The notes under the pieces were generated by a model. The model saw only the letters and a program-made list of their open reading frames with translations. It made no database searches and was not told where the DNA came from. Both the position numbers and the translations under genes were made by a program. Shown here piece after piece: positions 25,601 to 37,024 of a DNA stretch of 64,000 bases. The DNA is from Raillietiella orientalis (lineage: Eukaryota), in contig JAYWIR010000003.1 in the NCBI GenBank assembly GCA_036172245.1, positions 248,001 through 312,000 of the forward strand, written 5' to 3'. Every line of letters begins with the position of its first letter. The stretch's first letter is position 1.

Positions 25601-27686
25601 TTTTTCTTCTCGGGGGGGAAAGGGGATGGAGATTCTACCCTCCCAGGAGACTCTCCTTTCAAGTCCCGACCTCTTATCAAGCCCCGGGCCGCCGAGTTTA
25701 CCCCTGCAGGGAAGAATTCAAGGCTGCATCCTCCCTCCCCCTGAACGCTGGAAGCGTCATCTCGAAAGAGTAGGAGCTCGTCTGCATGCATGGAAAGGAA
25801 AGGAGGAATCCTCCATCCGGGAGAGGAGAGTCAGTGGCCCCAACCAGCCCCTTTCCATACCCGGAAGCAGGTTCAGAGGAGCCCCGTTTCCATGGGACAG
25901 CGGAGGAAGCTGCTGGAGGGCGAACCCAGGAGGACTACAGCCGAAGGGCGCAGCGGCCCGCGGTACCGAAGAACGGAAGAGAGGCAGAGCGAGAGAATGT
26001 AGAGGGCGAAGAGCCTGGATGTGCATTCGAACACTTCCCTCGCAGTCCCGGGAGCGTCCACATGCGGGGGCTCAAGGGAGGAGGCTGAAGGAGGTGACAT
26101 TCCGGAAAAAGAAGCAGATAGTGCCCCACCCCACCCCTCCATCTTCCCCCCTCCGACCCAGCCCATGCCCCTGAAGCGCGGTCTCGCTCAGGTTCCACTG
26201 CAGATCGCCGCGCTCAACCTTGTGGAAGACGAGGAGGGGAAGGGAGGCTGAAGGGGGGATGCTTCTGGGGGGAAGCGTTCTTCACGGCATACCGAGTTTT
26301 CCCGTCCTTCTCTTCCCGCTCCTCCCCTCCGCGGCGACCGGGGTCAACATCCTCCGGCCCCGAGTGCTGCCCGCCTCTCCCGAAAACGAGCGGCTGCTCG
26401 CGTGCAGGAAGGGTTTTGCCCCACGATGGGCCGCGGAACCCAAAGGAGAGTAGGTCCGGCAGGCCCCCATCTCGTGGACCTTGAGCAGACCCCTGGCAAG
26501 AGGTGGAGATTGGCCGAGAGACCTCTCCTCTTCTTTCACTGTGCGCCCGAGGGAGGCAGAGTGAAAAGGTCAAGAGGTCTCTCCTGAGGAAGAAAGAAGG
26601 GGGAGGGAGACAGGCACAGGCGGAGAGGGAGGTCGGTTCGCGCCGACGCTCCTGTTGCTTCCTTTAGCCAGCGTGCGGCCGTCGGCGACAGTGATCAGGG
26701 GCACAAGTCAGGTTCGGAGGAGCAAGGAGTCCCTCCTCCGAACTACTCCTTGCTCCGAGAATGGCGTAAAGTCACCGCTGACCACTTCCGCACATGGCGC
26801 CACGCACGAAAAGTCGTCCCTGCCGCCGCCGTGATCCTCGAGATGTGGAAGCACCTGCGACTCCGACGAGCAGGAAGGAGGTGGAGGAGGTGTCCAGGAA
26901 GAGAGACCCGTCATATAGAAGGGTAAAGGGAGAGCGGAGGAGGGCGAGAAGAAGAGGGTACATACCGCCATGCAGCCGCCCCATTTCCTTCCCCTTCCCT
27001 CCAGCCTTTCTTTTCCCCGTCTCATCGCAGCGTCATGAGCCCGCGCGAAGAGCACATTGACTCTTCCAGGGAAGAAGGCGGACGCAACATCGTCCGTCGT
27101 CCCGGACTGACCATGTACGTCGCGTTCCTCCTCACTTTGCCCTCCGTTCTGGTCTTGAGGAGCTCCAGCTTGTCCACCGTGTCGAGCAGTCTCGTTACTT
27201 CGGCGTCCTTCTCTCGCATCCTCTCTCTTTCCTTCTCCACGGTCTCGGCCGCCCTCTGCGACCTCGAGCGATTCTTCTGCAAGCACAAAAGGTCGAACCC
27301 TTCGGCAAAAACGCTGTCCAGGTGCCCGTTCTTTCTTTCCCTTCCGACAGGCGGAGCTGCTCCGTGACATCACCTGGAGGAAGGACTCCAGCTTGACCAA
27401 AACATCCTTCAGAAGGATCTCCTTTTCCTCGGCTTGCCTGTTGCGTTCGGACACCCTCGCTGACCTTTCTCCGTACCTCCTCTTCTCCCTGTTCAAGGCT
27501 TGTCGGGAAAGAAGAGAAATCAGCAGCGCTCACCAGAGCCCCAGTCTTACTTTCCTCGACGTTGAGCAGCTCCTGGACCCTGCGCCCCAAGGCTTCTTCG
27601 TGGAGACCCGAAATCTCATTTCTAGGCACCACGCTGCAACCGTTACAAGAGCGCATTTCACATTCTCGTGTGGATTTCAAAAGCAT
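22659..27686 (-). CDS. CCDC42: CCDC42/CFAP73-like coiled-coil protein (DUF4200 family), ~320 aa
   Basis: Exons 27686-27551, 27498-27374, 27276-27112, 24585-24418 and 23027-22659 (963 nt, all phases compatible). Motifs EKEILLKDVLVKLESFLQKNRSRSQRA, YMRFLEDVAK...RYHLL and LEAGTLRMSVLGAF...QLRAVGNSMEDV follow the family order (LKESLLKFDKFL.EN..KR.RA; Y..YLE.V; LLLG.IKMA...QL..I...I.DL). Divergent; start codon inferred from an in-frame TGA at 27719-27717. Confidence 0.75.
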
Positions 27687-27725
27687 AACGGAGCACTTTT
27701 GCTTCAACCCTCGGTGTCATCTTTT

Positions 27726-27950
27726 CTGTCCTTGTTTTTGCGATTGTCGTCAGTCGTCGTCTTCAGAGTTGCCCTCCTTGCTGTCCTTGTTTTTGCGATT
27801 GTCGTCAGTCGTCGTCTTCAGAGTTGCCCTCCTTGCTGTCCTTGTTTTTGCGATTGTCGTCAGTCGTCGTCTTCAGAGTTGCCCTCCTTGCTGTCCTTGT
27901 TTTTGCGATTGTCGTCAGTCGTCGTCTTCAGAGTTGCCCTCCTTGCTGTC
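27726..27950. repeat. Minisatellite: 4 perfect copies of a 55-bp unit plus a 5-bp partial copy
   Basis: Unit ctgtccttgtttttgcgattgtcgtcagtcgtcgtcttcagagttgccctccttg starts at 27726, 27781, 27836 and 27891. Confidence 0.97.
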
Positions 27951-30900
27951 TTTGGCTTTTGCAGTTGTTGTCGTCGCCGCCGCTATCGTTATTGCTGTTG
28001 CTCTTGTCGTTATGAAAGGGAGTCTGTGCTTCACGGGACACAAGGCAGACTTACAAGAACTCTCTGGCTTCGCTCCAGGTTCTAAAATACCAGCTGAGCG
28101 CCTGCTCGTCTCGCAAGCGGAAATACTCCAGAGAATCCCCCATGTCTTGTTTCGCGGGTGCCCTATTCCCTAATCTCGGTCCGACATCCGCGAGAGAGCA
28201 GCAGCACTTTCTTCCGAGTTCCTGCGCTCCTCCGACTCTTGGAAGCACGAACCACCGCACGTGACCCGTCACGAGCCAAAACCCACCTTCCGCCGGCTCA
28301 TGCTCTGCTCGGTCTGCGAAAGGCCGTCCGTCAGTCACGCACGAACAATGCGGCATTGTCGATCCTCCAACAATCGGAACGCTCGAGTGGCTTCGACGCT
28401 CACCAGTCCGATCGAAGTTTTTGGTCCAGAGTCACGTGATCGAAAATCCTCCTTCGAATTGGACTTCTGGTTGCGCGATGGACCGCAGCAGCAGCTGCTC
28501 TTCAGAATGCGCCTTCAAGGTGAGCTCTTCCCTCTGCTTGCAAGGAAGAAAGAAAAGAAAAATGGACTGGACTGTGGAGGACGCAGTCTCTCGCTTGGCT
28601 GCCGTCTATCGAAGGGTGCGACCTTCTTCCCAGCCAGCCTAAAGTCCTCCAGCACATCAGAGCCATTTCGACCAAGACCATCGACGTCACAGGGGATGCA
28701 AACCCTTCTGTAGACTGAACCACGGCTTATTAGGTATCCGGTTCCTTGGTACTCGGTCACGGAAGGATGCTCGCGTCCTGCATCACGGACGACGTCTGGC
28801 GATTATTTCGGTTGCATCATCTCGAGTCCAAATCCGTTTATCAGAATGAAGATTCAATCCGATGACGATCCACAGCTCGGGAGGAAAAAACCGGAAGGCG
28901 TGACATTTCGTTTTCCTAAGGCAACAATGGAAGCGTGTGTGTTTTCCCGGGGTTGAGTGTACAAAGTATCACAGCAACAATTGTGTACACATAGCAAGAG
29001 TTAGGTTCGCTCAGGTCAAAGAAAAACAGTCAAATCAGAACACAGTGGCTTGGGGCCGTCTCACTCTTCGTGTGCACGATACGGCGGCTAACTGCAATCG
29101 CAGCAGCCAAATTTGCCTAGCAGATTCTGTAACATTTCTCTGCCTTCCCCTCTTGCCTCCCCCAACAGTCTACTGTGGTATCCTCTTGCGTCTGTGCCTG
29201 GATGTGGTAAGCTCACTTTACCTGCTCACGGAAAGGCATGCGGAATCTCATAACCGCCTACGAGTAAGATCAGATTGAAGAACAATGGTCAGCAAGTAAT
29301 TATTTCGAAGATGAACGCGATTTCCACCTTTTTCCTTGTACTTCCATACACTAATCATCCACGATGTTTTCTTAAGTCACCTCAACACCAAACTCAGATC
29401 TTCAGGTACGAACAAAGTTACGCTGAATCTTGAAAACTCAGAGGAATGAGTTCCGTGTTTACTAATTCTGCTAGTGTTACTGCTATTAGATGATGATTAC
29501 CGAGTCGCATACGCTCTGCATCACCTTTACTGTCATTACGGGGCTCCTTAAACGGTTTAAAGCACCTTTTTCACGTGGGTCCCCTTTTCCGATTCCAGAA
29601 GTGGGTGACCATCCACCGATGTACATTCGATGAACCTAGACGTCAAGACCTCTTATCATTTCGAAAAGTAACTGGAATTCTGACATGTGAGAACAATCCC
29701 CAAAATGTTGCCAATGTGTTAAACCCTGGTAGACAAGGGCTTTCGTGCCAAAAAAAAAGAGCAGAGGTTTTGATAACTTGGTCCGACTGCTTCCACGTGA
29801 TTCGTTCTTGTAAGCCAGATGAGACCACGAGAGAATGCGCGACTGCTTCGAAGAGGACTTATTTTTCAGCCGCCTGCGTGAACCGTGCATTGTCTTTCAG
29901 GGCACAGTAATACAAATTCCACATGTAATGTAGGATTATGTGCTCGCAAGAGCCGTTACAGGAAGCAAAGTGTTCGTGTTGCACGGCACGGCACGGGTCA
30001 CGGGATTGCGGAGGATCGAGGAGGATGTGTATGGAAGCCCCCCCCCCCTGTTGATCCCGGCTCACGCGCACGGGAAGACATGCAATGGGTGAAATTCCAG
30101 AGCTTTGCAAAACGAATTTGTTAATTTGCCTCGCAGTCATCTGAGGCACATGTAAAGTAAAATGGTGATGATTTCGTGTCCGTGCACTGCCCACACGAAG
30201 GAAAAATCTCTATGAGAATTGAACTTCTCTATAAGAACCGAAATCTTGGAGGTATCACAGCATGAATCACAAATGTGATGCTGTTTATGTTCTTACTGGA
30301 AGAGATCGAATTACTCTGAAGAAATGTTAAATTATGATACGCTTTTACAATGAAATTCCGATAGCAGCTACTACAGAGGGGGGGAAAACACACACACAGC
30401 TACGCAAAAGGAGAATAACTTCTCGCAAACTCCTAATCAATGGGATGCTGATTCTGAAAGGACCCTTAGTAATTTGATGAGGAAGCCTGTGAGGAAGATG
30501 AGGAATTTCACATTTTCGTGGCAACACACACGATGGGGCTTGAGAGCCTTTGGAGGGCACGGATACAAGGGGACATGGCAAAGTAATACGTCAAGTCCAT
30601 CCAGACATTGGTCCTCAGCAGCTGTACTTGGATCTTTGTGAACTGTGCACTAACTTTATCCAAAATCATATGCACATACGTTATCCAGCGTTAACATGAA
30701 AGAAATGATGGAAGGAATAGTCTTCACTGCTTATAAAGTAATTAAATTTAAATTAAATATTAATTGAACTTCTCATTAGAACACCATCCACAAGTACCAG
30801 GAATTGGTTGCATCCATCAGATTTAGAAACTCCCATCATTGGATTACCATTAATTCTTAATTAATGGTTATCCATGCAAAAATTACTTCCAAATGTGTGA

Positions 30901-31573
30901 AGATGTGTCAGGGTGCAAAGTGACTGATTGCAAACCTCAAAATCAGCCAGTAGTGAAATTAACCAGTCTTTACTGATCATGCATCGGTAATTACAATTTT
31001 GTATCAAAAGGAAGTTCAATTCTAGCCAATTTTGCATTGAAGGGAAGTTACAGACAAACCTCCATTTAGAATTTCTTTTCTCATTTCAAATTTACCAGAT
31101 ACAACATTCACGAATTATCCACATTGTAACTTGCCTAGTTACTACAAGTAATTATTATTGGTCAATAACTTTGACTTCATCAACACAGTATGAAATCCAA
31201 GATTCAAACAAATCAACTTCTAATCAAGAGTGTGATCCAAAAAAAAAAAAATCAATGCAATTTTGTGATTCTTACCAAGCATCCATTGATATATCCAGAT
31301 TTCAAAAGTTGCAGCATAGGAACTAGAGAAAAACAAACCCACTGAAACTGTGAAGCTGATGGTTCAAATGATACGAATATTCATAAATGGATTAAGTTTG
31401 TTAATTGCTTTCCAAATACAATGCTATTTTTATTTATGCATGACATTATGTATTTATGGGATCCTGAGCTTCTGCCATGCGACTCCTGGACTTGCATTCT
31501 GCTAAAGATGGAACCTCAAATTCGGCATTTGCTGACATTAGCTTGCATAAAGCACCATAGGGACTTTAAACTT

Positions 31574-32244
31574 TCAAACTTCGTAATCATCTCTCTGAAA
31601 ATCACATCAGCATTTACAATCCACAAGCTAACCCACCATTTCATTATATTCAAGCACATGACGTCTAATCGCAGAACTATCCACCCATGTGATATAATCT
31701 TCTAAATTCCTTGGCACCAAAACTGCGGGATCTGTTACCAAATCTGGTCCAATGCGTACATGGCCTTGTTCAATAAACTGTGTGGCCATACGGACCGTGG
31801 GAGCCATTTTCAACCGCAACATAATCACGGGAAGTCGACGGCGGCAGAAACTGGATGCAGATACATTGTTACACAACTGAAGATTCAACTTTGTGGGAAT
31901 CAGTCCTAACGGATACCTAATCACTTGAAAATTTTTCGGGTTACTGTTTAAAAACTTACAATTTGTTCAACAGTAAGGCACTGGCTTCAACACGAAAATT
32001 ATCCTTGGGATCCAAGTCGTGAATTAAACGCGCCAGTTCCCTAATTTCCCTTGATAATTTGTTATACCTGCAAAACTTGAAGGAACGCAAACAAACGCGT
32101 TTCTACTCACGCTGTGTAATCCTCGCGGTTCTGGATGCAAAACCTTCGCATAATTTTAACTTCCTTCAAATTCCTATCAACCTCCCAATTAATGAAATCC
32201 ACTTTTTTCAATAACTTCTTTTCATGATATTTCAGCTTCCTCAT
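31574..32244 (-). CDS. IMP3: U3 snoRNP protein IMP3 (S4 RNA-binding domain), 180 aa
   Basis: Exons 32244-32111, 32067-31960, 31916-31637 and 31594-31574 (543 nt); introns 43, 43 and 42 nt. [20 protein letters not shown]...[18 protein letters not shown]...[14 protein letters not shown]...[11 protein letters not shown]...[28 protein letters not shown]. Confidence 0.97.
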
Positions 32245-32363
32245 ATTTATGCAACTTTCGTGGGTTTTACTGTCACGTTCACACGTATCCCAGACGAGAG
32301 TCCACACAGCATTACCACTGAACATTGCACAAATATAGGAAAATATACCTCGTTACTCGCAAG

Positions 32364-32384
32364 TATCGATCCTCACTGGCCAAT
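32364..32384. promoter_or_regulatory. Candidate IMP3 promoter elements: DRE-like TATCGAT and CCAAT box
   Basis: TATCGATC at 32364-32371 (one mismatch to DRE TATCGATA) and CCAAT at 32380-32384, 120-140 nt upstream of the IMP3 ATG. Confidence 0.35.
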
Positions 32385-33345
32385 AAGGGAACCACATTTA
32401 CATTTATGATTTATTTTCTTGTCGTTCATCTTTGGAAACTACCTGAATTCATGAAATCATGAAGATCTTCAGGCAATGCAAATTTATTCGTTCTTTTTCA
32501 TATAAAATATTTGAAATACTCGTTTTCTTGGTCTCGGTATGCTTATGTATATCTGATATCAAGTGAAGAGACACACATTTAACGGTTCCTTAATGCTTAA
32601 GACCTTAATGCTTCTGTATTGTTACGCCATGCTATCTTCAGAATTCAAATCTGTGATAGTCACACACAAAAAAGTTCTCGTACTCTTTTAACATACATGC
32701 ATGTGTGCATATTTGTCGTTTGTCGTTCCACAAATGCTCACTGAAGATGATTTTTGGAAATAAATACCCAAAAATCCTAGTATGAAAAATTTAATAGTTT
32801 CCTACTGTTAAATCCTAGTAGAAGATCTTGATTTCTTCGGTCTATAAATTTGCTTTGCAAGAATTCGTGCACAACAAATGCAGGAAGATATTGTTAGTGT
32901 CTATATTGCTCTTGACATTTCTCGTACTGAACATTTCCATACTTGTTCACAAAGGTATTTAGAATTAAGTGACTGTGATCAGAATTTTCATGCGATTTAA
33001 AGGGCACGACAAAATCCATTCTCTGACGACACATAACTTGCACTTCAAAGGAGATTTCATGATGCTTGTTATATCTGCAGAGTATTCAGTTCCTAAAATA
33101 ATAGTTGCTACACTCTTATGAGTGCAGAGCATGCTCTGATACTTTGCACTAAAGCGCTTAGGCTTTCCTATTCAAAGACTTGAATGCATCCGTTTAATGG
33201 CGAACTGATGTAGTGTTACTTTCTATTTCGAATTTCTCTCTGCACTGTCACAAACTTGAGCGCCCAGTTTTTCGCCTTCTTATGTTCATGTGAACTGACG
33301 ATCACTATCGCACATGACGTGCTCTGTGATTGACACTTGATTCGA

Positions 33346-33938
33346 TCACTTCAGTAAATGGGATTCACAGAGCCTCCTTCGGAGCCTCCACAGAACCAAA
33401 TACGAAAGCGTGGCACTGAAGAAGGATGCTTTCCGGAACAGTTGCATGGAAGATTTTCGCACTCGATTTTCGATAGCCTCTGCACATAGATCCTGAGTTC
33501 GGAGAGTGAAGCATGGGTCCACTCTCCGAATCATTTGACCTATACCTATACCGACCTCGGACTCCAAATCGTTTCCCATTGGACTTTTTCTCGGCTACTT
33601 TCGAGGTGACTCGGAAAGTCTCGTTAGCTTACTCCCCAACTCGGTCCGTATCGCTGAAATCTACGTAACTTCCAAGCAACTTTATGATTTGGACTTTGTA
33701 CGAGGTCGATTTTGTTTTGGCTTGTTTTTTCGAATTGCTGCCTGCCGTCATCGTGCATCCTCGGAGTGGGCTCTCGGAACCAGGACACGTGATTTCCGCT
33801 CGTTTCCTCCTCCGTGGGAGCACCAACCGCCTCTGCGTGCGGCTCTGACGAGCCTGCTTCTCTCTGTGATCGGCTTCCCGTGCCATCAGGGAAAAGAAGA
33901 AAACAAAATTCTTCTTCCAAACCCCAGAAAATAAGCAC
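33346..33938 (-). CDS. Possible small hypothetical gene between IMP3 and HIG1/NAF1
   Basis: ORF 33624-33938 ends at a phase-0 donor GGA|GTAAGC. A 38-nt intron (33632-33595) would join it in frame to ORF 33346-33594 (PRKSPMGNDLESEV...). No homolog recognised. Confidence 0.2.
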
Positions 33939-35377
33939 GTATGGATTTATAGATTCTTCACCAGATAGTCCACGCTGGAATTGGAATCACTGCTGTTCCT
34001 TTGACAAATTGGTGGATGGAGAAGCTTATGCGTGCTGCTTTCTTCGATGCTGTCGGAATGAGTGCAATTTCTCTTCTCGGTGCTAAAGGAAAGCAGTAAA
34101 TTATGTTGTTGTCTTCGTTTTTACATAGGTAAACCAATAGGTCTATCGTGAAGCGGAGGGTGAGAAATACCGCCTTTCAGACGGAACAGGGGAATTTCTC
34201 GAGTGAAAACGTGGGCAAATGCTGTTCACGGAACGGAAGTACCACTCTGCCTGAAGTGACAGCCAAGTCATCCTACAATTCAACTGTTTCGAGAGTTTGT
34301 GCGTAAAAAGAAGTACTGTTGTATAGAGTCCTGTCAGAGCTTTATTCTCCAGCGGCAAATGCTGGTATAGGAGGGAACTAATCTTCTATGTATTCATTTA
34401 GGCAAAACTTGCTTTATATTACTTAAACATACCGACATCTCTGCCTACTATGGAAAATGCACATGAGGGAAATTCACAGTTTATAGTGGTTACACCAGAT
34501 TAAGGAGTTAAAGTTTAGATAACGTGTAAAGCAAAGTTGGAGCAACTATTTTTTTTTTTACATAGCAAGTGTGAATAAACGTTTGTTTGTTTATTTTTTT
34601 CGAAGCAAAAAGTTTGCAAATAGTTTTATTAAGATGTGAGGAGTTATTCTTGAGAACATAAAATAAATCTTTCAAGATAAAATGAGATTTCTGCTGTTTA
34701 CGAAAAAAAAGGAATTTTTCCATCTTTGAAGTCATAATCACATCCTCCGGTTGCAAAAATTTGAATGGTAATGAAAACTTTAATGCTGTGCTTGAGCATC
34801 ATTCTACAGCTATACAGTTATTGCTAAATAACATTTAAAATGTTTTAATCTTGCGAAACATCAATTTGATAATGAAGTAGAGTTAATGGCATCATTTTGG
34901 TGTTTGATTGAGAATATTGCTTTCATTTGGAATGTGTACTGATAGGCTTGTATGGAGATATAGTTGGAATAAGTGGCAAAATGCGGTAACGTGAGCTTAC
35001 ACGAAGATCGAAATTGTATTTCAATTTCATGTAAGTCTATATTTGGGGGAATAATGACTGTTTCTTGTGACCATTTTTCTAAAGTAGGTCCCCACTTATA
35101 TTAGTATAACTCGGTTTATTTATGCCACGATCGTGGTCTTACGAGAAAAATTTCTCATCGATGTTTCCGTATTGCGGCCCCGTACTTGGAATTTGGAACG
35201 CATCCCCAACCCCAGAATAAATTATCTTCCTTTAGAGTTTGGAATATATGTATAAAAAAAAAGTAAAAGTCAGTTGAGTGAATTTTGACGATAGTAGTTC
35301 TGAATGTGTAATTATCTATATTGAAAATCTTAAATCAAGGTAGTAAGTATAGTATGCACTAACTGTGTTAGTACGGA

Positions 35378-35806
35378 ATGAGTACGAATGCAGCTGATAC
35401 CAAAGAGGAGGTGTCAAAAGTTGAACAATGGAACCAGATTCTTCAAACATCCATGCCATCAGAATGGAATCAGAATCAGACTGTGATCAAAAAACTCATG
35501 TCAAACCCTCTTGTGCCACTGGGGATGCTGGCAACAACAGGTACATGAATGCTCTGAAACCCATCATTTCTGAATTTAAATTTTATTACAGCAGCCTTAG
35601 TGATGGGTTTAAGAGCTATGATGCAAAACAATCCCCAGAAATCTCAACTGATGATGCGTTTCAGAGTAGGAGCTCAAGCATTTACGATTCTAGCAGCCTT
35701 AACAGGGATTTTGATAGGATTGACCCCACCTCCAGGGCTTTCCAGGAAGAATGCTGCAAAACAAAGACAACAAGAATCGATGCAACAGAATCAGCATGTA
35801 CCTTAG
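35378..35806 (+). CDS. HIGD2A: HIG1-domain protein (HIGD2A/Rcf1-like mitochondrial inner-membrane complex IV factor), 125 aa
   Basis: Exons 35378-35540 and 35592-35806 (378 nt), 51-nt GT..AG intron. Product MSTNAADTKEEV...KKLMSNPLVPLGMLATTAALVMGLRAMMQNNPQKSQLMMRFRVGAQAFTILAALTG... carries the HIG1 hallmarks NPLVP.G...T...L..GL and SQ.MMR.RV.AQ.FT, with two hydrophobic segments. Paralog assignment (2A vs 1A) tentative. Confidence 0.92.
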
Positions 35807-36996
35807 AACCACATATCTCACAGTGTGAGCAGGGCACAGTGCTTCTAAGTTTTACATCAGATCATGTCACTGACCCCGTAGGAAATCAAACTGAAATAGC
35901 AAATGCATATGCAAGAGAACAAGACAGTTTTCAAATGGACGCAGAGAAAGATGCACTGTTGGAGTTTAACGATGTAAAATCTGCTGATACAACAGATGAC
36001 TGGAAAAATGTACAGAACTCAGATTTGCCATCACAAAATCTTGCAAACTTGTCGAATTCACAAGAGAGAAAACTCATTACTGAGCCACAAGAAAACCAAG
36101 CAGGAAGTTGGAGTCCATGCACAGAACAGCATCAGCAAGATGCAAACAAGGAAGAAAAAGTGACTGTCTCCATGCCTTCAAGTATGGGATTGCTGCTTTT
36201 GCAAGAATATGATAGTGAATCCGAAGAGAATGTGACCGTGAATGATTCACTTACATGGCGTGAAACAAATGAAGAGTGTGAACCTGTTTCTTCCCAAAAT
36301 GATGAGAGTGATTTGGATGAACCAGTAATGAGAATTATGCCTGTTCATGTTCCATTAGAACCTCCCCCTCGCACCAAAGGGGAATTATTACCTGAAGATC
36401 TTCCTCCCATTGAGCAGTTGCGTATTTCGGTTTCCTCTCAAGAATGTGCATTGTTAGGAGAATTGAACAGTATTGTTGGATCTCTGGTTGTAGTGGCAGC
36501 CTTACCAGGAACTCCAGCATTAGATTTGGATTCGGTTCTGTTTATTGAGGAAGGAAAAATTGCATTAGGCAAAGTGTTTGATGTGATGGGACCAGTTGCA
36601 AGGCCATTTTATGTTGTGCGTTTCAACAACACTGCAGAAATTCAAGAATTGGGTCTTGCTCCCGGTGTGCCAGTATATTATGCTCCTTATAGCCCATATG
36701 TCTGTTATGTGTTTTTGGAACACCTGCAACAAATAAAGGGTAGTGATGCATCATGGGAAGATAACAACGAACCACCACCCCAGTTCTTGGATTATTCTGA
36801 TGATGAAGAAGAAGCAAGATCTCGGAAGAGAAATGAGCTAACAAATAAACGCAAATGGGAGGAGCGTGGTGCAGATCCCCGAAACCTGCGTTACCTGGGT
36901 CCAACCCAGGAAAATACTCCGCAGTTCACTTTGTCATGCCCATCACAAAGCGGGCCACCACACTCCCTACTATTCTCCAGCATGACATTTCATTAG
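35428..36996 (+). CDS. NAF1: H/ACA ribonucleoprotein assembly factor NAF1 (Gar1/Naf1 domain); 522 aa unspliced, 505 aa if 35541-35591 is spliced
   Basis: RTKGELLPEDLPPIE, LDLDSVLF, LGKVFDVMGPVARPFYVVRFN and KGSDASWEDNNEPPPQFLDYSDDEEE are NAF1 motifs, preceded by a long acidic N-terminus. True start uncertain (35428, 35545 or 35935). Confidence 0.93.
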   Translation: MEPDSSNIHAIRMESESDCDQKTHVKPSCATGDAGNNRYMNALKPIISEFKFYYSSLSDGFKSYDAKQSPEISTDDAFQSRSSSIYDSSSLNRDFDRIDPTSRAFQEECCKTKTTRIDATESACTLEPHISQCEQGTVLLSFTSDHVTDPVGNQTEIANAYAREQDSFQMDAEKDALLEFNDVKSADTTDDWKNVQNSDLPSQNLANLSNSQERKLITEPQENQAGSWSPCTEQHQQDANKEEKVTVSMPSSMGLLLLQEYDSESEENVTVNDSLTWRETNEECEPVSSQNDESDLDEPVMRIMPVHVPLEPPPRTKGELLPEDLPPIEQLRISVSSQECALLGELNSIVGSLVVVAALPGTPALDLDSVLFIEEGKIALGKVFDVMGPVARPFYVVRFNNTAEIQELGLAPGVPVYYAPYSPYVCYVFLEHLQQIKGSDASWEDNNEPPPQFLDYSDDEEEARSRKRNELTNKRKWEERGADPRNLRYLGPTQENTPQFTLSCPSQSGPPHSLLFSSMTFH

Positions 36997-37024
36997 TGAA
37001 TTAAACGTGGATATTCTTATAAAA

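Noticed and set aside
27726..27950. CRISPR array
   Set aside because: Head-to-tail identical units with no spacers, eukaryotic context, no cas genes.
27393..28173. Three overlapping plus-strand ORFs with repeated peptides
   Set aside because: Artefact of the 55-bp array, which has no plus-strand stops and cycles through all frames; partly antisense to the CCDC42-like exons.
35484..35500. -1 frameshift site fusing HIG1 to NAF1 (ATC AAA AAA CTC)
   Set aside because: Not an X XXY YYZ heptamer in the HIG1 frame and no obvious downstream structure.
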